This document shows, piece by piece, positions 57,608 through 64,000 of a DNA stretch of 64,000 nt. This DNA comes from an uncultured bacterium (lineage in GTDB: Bacteria; Patescibacteriota; Minisyncoccia; UBA6257; GWB1-50-10): positions 523 to 64,522 of the forward strand of contig CAIKKG010000024.1 of assembly GCA_903827975.1 (NCBI GenBank), read 5' to 3'. Below the pieces are notes generated by a model. The model had not been told where the DNA came from. It made no database searches and saw nothing but the letters and a program-made list of their open reading frames with translations. A program made the translations under genes and the position numbers. Within the stretch, counting starts at the first letter, position 1. Each line of letters begins with the position of its first letter.

Positions 57608-59359
57608 ATGAAGATACAAATTCCACAAACTTATAAACCATCATCGAAAGACCTACCAAATATTGTAGCGCCGTCAGGTCTTGAGGTAGATGCTAATTAT
57701 TTGAAACTAGGTGATTACTTTGTAAAAACTATTTTTATTTTTACGTACCCTCGCTTCGTGGTTTCTGGTTGGTTCTCTCCTATTATAAATATTTCGGAGA
57801 TGATGGATATCTCTATTTTCGTTCACCCAATGGAGACTGGCGCGGCCTTGCGCGACCTACAAAAGAAGGTTGCTCAAGTGCAGTCTGAGCTTTCTGAGAA
57901 GGAATCGAAGGGTATGGTTCGCGATCCACTACTTGAAACAGCTTATCAGGACATTGAGAGTCTAAGAGATTCATTGATGCAGGCGAGGGAGAAACTTTTT
58001 AAGGTTGGTGTTTATATTACTTTATATGGGCAGAGCCTTGAGGCGCTTACAAAATTGGAGAATGAGATAGAATCCTTACTTGAAAGTAAGTTGATATATG
58101 TTAAACCCGCGCTTTTCAAACAACTTGAAGGTTTTAATTCTATTCTTCCACTTTGTACTGATAAACTACTAACACACACACCACTTAATTCTGGGCCAGC
58201 ATCGTCCCTTTTTCCCTTCGTCTCTCCAGACCTTACATCAGATAAGGGAATTATGTATGGGATTAATATACACAACAGCAGCCTCGTTATATTCGATCGC
58301 TTCTCCCTTGAAAATGCCAACCAGGTTATATTTGCAAAATCAGGTGCTGGTAAATCATACACTGCAAAACTTTTGATTCTTCGCTCTCTCATGGTTGGAA
58401 CTAATGTTATTGTTATTGATCCTGAGAATGAGTATCAGAATCTTTCAAGCGCTATTGGTGGAAGTTATTTTAAAATCTCACTTACTTCATCGAGCCACAT
58501 TAATCCCTTTGACATACCAATCATACCGGAGGGGGATGAGCCGGCGGACGTTTTTAAATCACACATATTAAATTTGTCTGGCTTGGTTAAATTAATGCTT
58601 GGCGCAATATCACCTGAAGAGGATGCTCTACTTGATAAGGCTCTTACTGATACATATGCATCGCGCGATATTACCGCGGAAAACTTTGGTCAAACAAAGG
58701 AAATGGATGCACCACTCTTAGAAGATTTGCAGGTTATCTTACAAAACAACAAGGGTGGTTTCCAACTTGCACAACGCCTTGAAAAATTCACACATGGAAC
58801 ATATGCGGGTTTTACAAATGCTCCAACAAACGTTGATTTTAAAAATCGTTTGATTGTTTTCTCGATTCGCGACCTTGATGAGGAGTTGCGACCAATCGCG
58901 ATGTATATTGTTTTGAACTTTGTTTGGAATCTTGTTCGTGCTGAGCTTCGACCACGATTTCTTATTGTTGATGAGGCGTGGATTATGATGAAGTTTAAAG
59001 ACAGCGCCTCTTTCTTGTTTGGACTTGTTAAGCGTGCTCGTAAATACTACCTTGGAATCACAACCATTACACAGGACGTTGAGGACTTTTTGAAGTCTGA
59101 GTATGGTAAGCCTATCGTCACAAACTCAGCAACCCAGATTTTAATGAAACAATCTCCAGCATCTATTGATTCAGTTGCTAGTGCGTTTAGTCTTACAGAG
59201 GGTGAGCGCGGCTTACTACTTGAGGCGAGTGTTGGAGAGGGATTGTTTTTTGCGGGCGCAAAACATGTTGCTATTAAAATTATTGCGTCATACACAGAGG
59301 ATCAAATAATAACAACAAAACCTGATCAGATTTTAGAAATTAAGGGTCTAAAACAATAA
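57608..59359 (+). CDS. VirB4/TraE-type ATPase, C-terminal ATPase domain ORF
   Basis: Walker A AKSGAGKSYT, Walker B FLIVDEAW and C-terminal motifs are present. The frame is the same as the preceding ORF. Confidence 0.7.
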   Translation: MKIQIPQTYKPSSKDLPNIVAPSGLEVDANYLKLGDYFVKTIFIFTYPRFVVSGWFSPIINISEMMDISIFVHPMETGAALRDLQKKVAQVQSELSEKESKGMVRDPLLETAYQDIESLRDSLMQAREKLFKVGVYITLYGQSLEALTKLENEIESLLESKLIYVKPALFKQLEGFNSILPLCTDKLLTHTPLNSGPASSLFPFVSPDLTSDKGIMYGINIHNSSLVIFDRFSLENANQVIFAKSGAGKSYTAKLLILRSLMVGTNVIVIDPENEYQNLSSAIGGSYFKISLTSSSHINPFDIPIIPEGDEPADVFKSHILNLSGLVKLMLGAISPEEDALLDKALTDTYASRDITAENFGQTKEMDAPLLEDLQVILQNNKGGFQLAQRLEKFTHGTYAGFTNAPTNVDFKNRLIVFSIRDLDEELRPIAMYIVLNFVWNLVRAELRPRFLIVDEAWIMMKFKDSASFLFGLVKRARKYYLGITTITQDVEDFLKSEYGKPIVTNSATQILMKQSPASIDSVASAFSLTEGERGLLLEASVGEGLFFAGAKHVAIKIIASYTEDQIITTKPDQILEIKGLKQ

Positions 59360-59362
59360 TAA

Positions 59363-59752
59363 ATGCCTAAAAAAACGCCGCAAACCCCGCAGAAAAAAAT
59401 GGGTGAGCCACTAGCGGAACCAAAGTTTGGTATGGTTGAGCTATTTTTAGGTTCTTTTTTTTGTCTTCTACTTGATTTGTTATCAGCCATCACAGCAATA
59501 GCTTTTGTGGGTCTTTTCGTAAAATCTTTCTCGTGGCTTATTTTTACTTTTTGGTTTAAAATTAAGAAGTGTCATGTTGCAGATAGTCTTATTGGAAGAT
59601 TTCTTGTTCCAGTATTTGTAAATTTAATTCCAATTGTTCCAACTTTAGCCGCAACGTTTCTTGTCTCCGCATATATGGAGAATCACCCAGAAAAGTTTGC
59701 CGCCGTTGAACAACTGACCCCAGCAACTGCAAATGTTCCCATTAAAAAATAA
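59363..59752 (+). CDS. Hypothetical small membrane protein of the T4SS-like operon
   Basis: The 129-aa protein has 3 TM helices. Confidence 0.4.
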   Translation: MPKKTPQTPQKKMGEPLAEPKFGMVELFLGSFFCLLLDLLSAITAIAFVGLFVKSFSWLIFTFWFKIKKCHVADSLIGRFLVPVFVNLIPIVPTLAATFLVSAYMENHPEKFAAVEQLTPATANVPIKK

Positions 59753-60452
59753 AACTATGAGATTTTTTTTCAAAATAGTAATCACAGCATTTTCTTTTAT
59801 CGCTCTTGTTTCAACAACAAATGTTTTTGCTGCTCCTGTTGTTACCCCTCAAATTCCACCGCGTTTAATTCTTTCTTGGAGTGCGTCGAGCATTCACCCG
59901 TCTAACTATAAGGGCAAGGTTCTTCCTTCTTTAAACACGCCAATAGTTGTTTCTGTTGAGTTGCTCGCAAATGGTAAGTTTGCCGATATATCTAAAACAA
60001 CAATTATTTGGAGAAAGTCTGGAGAGGTGATTAAGCGTGGTGTCGGATTAAAACAAATATTTATTGCACCTGACTCAAATGATTCAAGTGATGTTTTTAT
60101 AGATGCTGAGGTTGATTTTGCTAACAACGTTGTGGAACAGTCGCTTTTGATCCCCGTTGTAAAACCTTTTGTTTCTATCGAGATACCATATCCAAACTCT
60201 GTTGTTCGTGGTGATTCTGATGTAACAATTAGAGCGACCCCTTATTTTTTCAATGCCTCTTCTCTTGATGATCTTGTTTTTTACTGGCAGATTGGTGATA
60301 TAAAAAAGAATATGGAACAGAACAACTCCATCACACTTAAGGTTTCTGGTGCTTATTCCTCCCAGGATAGCCTTCCTATAACCTCGTATGTGCAGAGCAG
60401 GGATGTGTTAACTGATATAATAGTAACTAACAAACCGTTATTTGTTCGATAA
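59733..60452 (+). CDS. Hypothetical exported protein of the T4SS-like operon
   Basis: The 239-aa protein has a signal peptide (…TNVFAAP). Confidence 0.45.
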   Translation: MFPLKNKTMRFFFKIVITAFSFIALVSTTNVFAAPVVTPQIPPRLILSWSASSIHPSNYKGKVLPSLNTPIVVSVELLANGKFADISKTTIIWRKSGEVIKRGVGLKQIFIAPDSNDSSDVFIDAEVDFANNVVEQSLLIPVVKPFVSIEIPYPNSVVRGDSDVTIRATPYFFNASSLDDLVFYWQIGDIKKNMEQNNSITLKVSGAYSSQDSLPITSYVQSRDVLTDIIVTNKPLFVR

Positions 60453-60458
60453 TCACGC

Positions 60459-61670
60459 ATGAAACCAATTTATAAAATTCTTATTACTTTAGTTGTAATA
60501 ATCATCGTCATATTCCTTTCATATTTCTTGTGGACAAAGTTTTTTGCGCCAAAGTCTGTGACGCCACAAGAGCCTGGAACTGGTGTGATAATTACACCTC
60601 CTAGTGATAATAATGGTCAGACTGGAGGAGGTGATAATCCTCCGGGTGGCGCGCCAGGCACATCAACACCTACAACATCTAACGTGGATGAGTATTTATT
60701 TAAAAAACTTTCTGATAAGCCGGCTCTGGCTTTTTGGGTCTCTATAACTGGTAATACGGCTTTTTATGTTTCTGAGTCTGGCGTAGTTATGGAGGCTAAG
60801 GATGGAGAGGACTCTGTAGTTTCAAAACAACCAATCTCTAATTTTATAAGTTTAGAGGCGTCTCCATCTGGTGAGAAGGTTATTCTTTCCTTTGGAAGTC
60901 CGTCAAATATTCAATTGGCAATTTTTGATTCTGTTGATAAGGTTTTGCGCCCACTTCCAAAAGAAATCTTAAGTGCTTCGTGGGCTGGAACTGATAATCA
61001 GTTGGTTGGTGTCACACAACAAAATGATGTAACTCTACTCTCATTAATAAATATCTCAAAACAACCCTACACTTACAAGACGCTTGTAACAAATTTTTCT
61101 ATAAAGGATGCTTTGTTTTCTGCCAAGTCAGCAACTGAGATTTTAATCTCTGAAAAACCTTCATCTCACTCTCTATCTGGCGTCTGGCAACTAGATACTG
61201 ACACCGGCGTTATGACACTTGTTGTGAGCCCTGCTCTTGGTTCTTTTATAAGGTGGGCTAGTGGAAAGGATTTAATGTTTAAGTTCGCATCACCAAATAA
61301 GTTTTCAATACTGGATCGTTCCTTTGGTGAAATATCGCCGGTGTTATTTACAACGCTACCAAATAAATGTGATGGTGGTCTTGATGTGATTTATTGTTTT
61401 ATTCCTAAAGACAAGGGTGTTTTCTCAAATACAAACTCGATGCCTGACGATTATTTTATGAATAATATCTTCACTAGTGACGATTTTTATAAAATCTCTC
61501 CGTCCTCCGGCATTGAATCACTTATAATGGCTGGTGGGTCGGGTAAGATTCCGGTTATTGATGCGGATAATGTCTCATATGCAAACTCATCAACTTATTT
61601 TATTAATAAGTATGATAATTATGTTTATGCAATTCAAAAAACAACAAATGAAGTTATTAATGATTACTAA
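60459..61670 (+). CDS. Hypothetical membrane-anchored extracytoplasmic protein of the T4SS-like operon
   Basis: The 403-aa protein has an N-terminal TM anchor and a Gly/Pro/Thr linker. Confidence 0.45.
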   Translation: MKPIYKILITLVVIIIVIFLSYFLWTKFFAPKSVTPQEPGTGVIITPPSDNNGQTGGGDNPPGGAPGTSTPTTSNVDEYLFKKLSDKPALAFWVSITGNTAFYVSESGVVMEAKDGEDSVVSKQPISNFISLEASPSGEKVILSFGSPSNIQLAIFDSVDKVLRPLPKEILSASWAGTDNQLVGVTQQNDVTLLSLINISKQPYTYKTLVTNFSIKDALFSAKSATEILISEKPSSHSLSGVWQLDTDTGVMTLVVSPALGSFIRWASGKDLMFKFASPNKFSILDRSFGEISPVLFTTLPNKCDGGLDVIYCFIPKDKGVFSNTNSMPDDYFMNNIFTSDDFYKISPSSGIESLIMAGGSGKIPVIDADNVSYANSSTYFINKYDNYVYAIQKTTNEVINDY

Positions 61671-63081
61671 AAAGGTTTTACTGTCCTTGTTTGTGGTTGT
61701 TGCTGTGTTTGCTCCAATGTACTTATTTGCAGCGGAAACAGCATCGACTGGCCCAACACCGATTGTTGTTACAATGTCATCACCAATGCCGTGCATTCCA
61801 GTTCCTTTCATGGGTGGGAACACCTGCTCACAACCCGCAGGAGACTCAGCTATTCAGACTTATATAAAACTTTTGTATCAATTCGCGGTTGGAATCTCTG
61901 GTATTGTTGCTGTAGGAATGATTGTGTGGGGATCTATTCAGATTTCTTTATTTAGCGAGAGTATAACCCAGAAAAGTGAGGGGAGGGATAAAATTACGTC
62001 AGCAATAATTGGTGTTATTCTTCTTCTTGGTTCTTATTTGCTACTTAATACTATAAACCCGAGAATTGTTCAGCTTGGTCAGACACTTACAACTGTTAAA
62101 CAAGCAAAGCCGTCATCAGACATTGCAAAGGTTGGTGTGTCGAGTTGTGGAACATCAACTTTAATATCAGGAGCGGTTGGTACACCAATAGATTTTAATG
62201 TTAAACCAGACGCTGGTAATACTTGTAAATATAGAAAGCTTTTTGTATATAGAGATGGTTTTACAATTTCTGGTATGGATGCTGCATATTATGGTGGTTC
62301 TGGTGATGTTCAAATAGCGGCGCAGTCTGTTATTTGGCTCTACCCTTATCGCGTGAAGGGGGCTGTGGAAACATTTGATAGCAACGGCACACTAGCAAGC
62401 GCTAAGTGTATTGTATATGCATATAAAGAGCCTAGTATGACGAGTATTCGTTTTACAAACCTACAAAATACAATTGAGCCTTGTGTGTTAAGTGACAAAC
62501 AGGAAGATGGGTATGTTGGTGGTCCTGGGTCAGGAGTTGGTAACGTTTCTGGAGATGTAAAGGATTTAGCCAATCAATTAGGTAGTCCAAACTCTACTGT
62601 GAAATTCTCTACGGACAATTCTTGTAATCCTCCCGGCTCTGCCGCAAAAAATATTCTTTATTCTATGCAAAACGGAACGGCGCCTTTTGTCTGCTCTGCT
62701 GGTTGTCAAACAAACAAAACAGAGTGCACACAAAATGGGGCTTATCCTGAGGCTTCTATATTAAAAGCAATTATAGCCCTGCAAAATTCTAAAACAACAG
62801 TTTCGACGGTCACTAGTTTAACTGGTGGTGATCATTCGGCTAATTCTGGGCATTACCAAGGTACAGCTTTTGATCTCAGTGTAGGATCAAGCAACACAGA
62901 TGATTGGAATAATGTTATGAAAATTTTAAATACTTCGGGTGTTACAGCATACTGCGAATACCAAGGACCTGGGGAGGATAAAGCTAAACTTCACACAAAA
63001 TGTGCAACTGGAATAAGTGGTGGGCATCTCCATGTACAGGTCAATAAAAACAGTAATGCTATAAACAATGGGACTCCATAA
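61648..63081 (+). CDS. Fusion protein with an N-terminal VirB2/TrbC-like pilin module and a C-terminal M15-family zinc peptidoglycan peptidase domain
   Basis: After the signal peptide comes the conserved hairpin AVGISGIVAVGMIVWGSIQISLFSESITQKSEGRDKITSAIIGVILLLGSYLLLNT, paralogous to 38463, 38893 and 39598. The C-terminus has SGHYQGTAFDL and GGHLHVQV (H-x6-D ... H-x-H zinc site of M15, VanY/endolysin type). The start was trimmed from the ORF-track 61534 to the ATG after the upstream stop. Confidence 0.6.
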   Translation: MKLLMITKKVLLSLFVVVAVFAPMYLFAAETASTGPTPIVVTMSSPMPCIPVPFMGGNTCSQPAGDSAIQTYIKLLYQFAVGISGIVAVGMIVWGSIQISLFSESITQKSEGRDKITSAIIGVILLLGSYLLLNTINPRIVQLGQTLTTVKQAKPSSDIAKVGVSSCGTSTLISGAVGTPIDFNVKPDAGNTCKYRKLFVYRDGFTISGMDAAYYGGSGDVQIAAQSVIWLYPYRVKGAVETFDSNGTLASAKCIVYAYKEPSMTSIRFTNLQNTIEPCVLSDKQEDGYVGGPGSGVGNVSGDVKDLANQLGSPNSTVKFSTDNSCNPPGSAAKNILYSMQNGTAPFVCSAGCQTNKTECTQNGAYPEASILKAIIALQNSKTTVSTVTSLTGGDHSANSGHYQGTAFDLSVGSSNTDDWNNVMKILNTSGVTAYCEYQGPGEDKAKLHTKCATGISGGHLHVQVNKNSNAINNGTP

Positions 63082-63083
63082 AA

Positions 63084-63118
63084 ATAAAAATCCCCGCTTT
63101 ATGCGGGGATTTTTTTAT
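63084..63118. terminator. Bidirectional terminator between the T4SS-like operon and jag
   Basis: AAAAATCCCCGCTTTATGCGGGGATTTTTTT. Confidence 0.75.
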
Positions 63119-63543
63119 GAGACGAATTTTATTACAACCCTTCTTTCTTTTCCCATTCCAGTACTCTCTGTTTTAAGTTCTGGATTTGCTGTTATCTCCA
63201 TATGCACCAGGCGCCTCTCATAGCCGTTCATTGCGGGTAGTTCGACTTCTTGCTTCGTTATCATCGCTTTGCGTGCTGCAGCCTTAACCAGCTCCACTAT
63301 TAGGCGTTCTCGCTCCTTCCTGTAGTAGTTTAGATCAATAACGTGGGGAATAAGACCCTCTTTCTTTAAAACGATGTTTATTATGTGATCTATTGCCGGA
63401 AGTATTATTTCTACATTATCGGACACAAACCTGTCGTCAATAAGAATGATAACTTTCCTGCGCTCCTCGTCGATAGCAACCTCGGCCTCCGGATACCCGA
63501 GAAGTGCTATTATCTCCTTTGTTTTCTCAATAATAGGGTTCAT
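63115..63543 (-). CDS. jag: Jag/KhpB-family RNA-binding protein with KH-like and R3H domains
   Basis: The 142-aa protein has the R3H motif NGYERRLVHMEI and sits downstream of yidC as in the rnpA-yidC-jag operon. Confidence 0.7.
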   Translation of the reverse strand: MNPIIEKTKEIIALLGYPEAEVAIDEERRKVIILIDDRFVSDNVEIILPAIDHIINIVLKKEGLIPHVIDLNYYRKERERLIVELVKAAARKAMITKQEVELPAMNGYERRLVHMEITANPELKTESTGMGKERRVVIKFVS

Positions 63544-63563
63544 TGGTTTAGGTTTACAGTATA

Positions 63564-64000
63564 CTACTCATCTTCAAATTTTGGCAATCTTTTGTTGATA
63601 TACATCTGTTGGAATATGGAGAAGATACCGGAAACGGTCCAATAAACACTGAGTGCTGTTGGTAGATTGATGAGTATTAGAAGTGTAAATGCGGGACCTA
63701 TTACAGACATTGTTTTGGCCATCCCAGCCATAGGGTTGTCACTTGTTGTGTCTTTCTGCGCGCCCATCATCAATTTTGTTTGGATATATTGTGCTATTCC
63801 AGCAACAATAGGCATTAAATAACCTTTTGTTCCTAGATCAATAAGCCCTAGGAATGTTGTTGTCGCAAAAATTCCAGTTGATAGCTCCTTTGAGAATACT
63901 TGGAATAAAACTATGAACACTGGAAGCTGAAGTATAAGCAATAAGATTCCTGAAAATGGGTTTAGTTTATATTTTTTGTATAAACTAAGCATCTCCTGTG
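63564..64000 (-). CDS. yidC: Membrane protein insertase YidC. The N-terminus lies beyond the window end.
   Basis: …QEMLSLYKKYKLNPFSGILLLILQLPVFIVLF… is the conserved YidC C1-loop to TM3-5 region, and the frame is open to the window edge. Confidence 0.75.
   Translation of the reverse strand, partial: QEMLSLYKKYKLNPFSGILLLILQLPVFIVLFQVFSKELSTGIFATTTFLGLIDLGTKGYLMPIVAGIAQYIQTKLMMGAQKDTTSDNPMAGMAKTMSVIGPAFTLLILINLPTALSVYWTVSGIFSIFQQMYINKRLPKFEDE

Noticed and set aside
1-64000. Alternative genetic code (UGA recoded, as in some ultra-small bacterial lineages)
   Set aside because: Long ORFs such as leuS, hppA, gyrA and pnp are uninterrupted under the standard code and terminate with ordinary TAA/TGA/TAG codons, so there is no sign of in-frame UGA suppression.

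Overview
This window reads as a 64-kb stretch of a low-GC (about 40%), gene-dense bacterial chromosome. It uses the standard genetic code, TAA stops predominate, and most genes end in a Rho-independent hairpin. Small gene sizes, a membrane H+-pyrophosphatase and shortened ValRS/RecO/S1 suggest a reduced-genome Patescibacteria/CPR-type organism, but that is an inference from gene content.

Most of the window is housekeeping: leuS, nusA, tsaD, glyQS, valS, folD, recA, ftsK, ftsH, rpsA, gyrA, rpsO, pnp, rsmA, comM, jag and a partial yidC. There are four tRNAs: Ser-CGA, Val-TAC, an unusual Ile-TAT and Leu-TAG.

The most interesting content is a same-strand operon at about 50.4-63.1 kb that encodes a minimal type-IV-secretion-like or pilus-like apparatus.
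- A VirB4-type ATPase appears as two in-frame ORFs, preceded by a VirB3-like 2-TM protein and a VirB6/TrbL-like polytopic membrane protein.
- Around them sit several signal-peptide or Cys-rich exported proteins.
- The terminal gene fuses a VirB2/TrbC-like pilin module to a C-terminal M15-type zinc peptidoglycan peptidase.
- No relaxase or coupling protein is present.

Three further paralogs of the same pilin module form a separate operon at 38.4-40.0 kb with a solute-binding protein. One of them carries a duplicated Cys-rich N-terminal module.

Other notable features:
- Several GC-anomalous ORFan cassettes (50-58% GC), each with its own promoter and terminator. One at 31.5 kb carries a textbook TTGACA-17-TATAAT promoter.
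- A three-copy intergenic sequence family (AAGCTGGTAGTGCGATGAA), two copies of which are followed by a perfect 24-26-nt palindrome, inside an unusual 660-bp non-coding region.
- A D2-only Clp ATPase.
- An NYN-domain gene inserted between rpsO and pnp.
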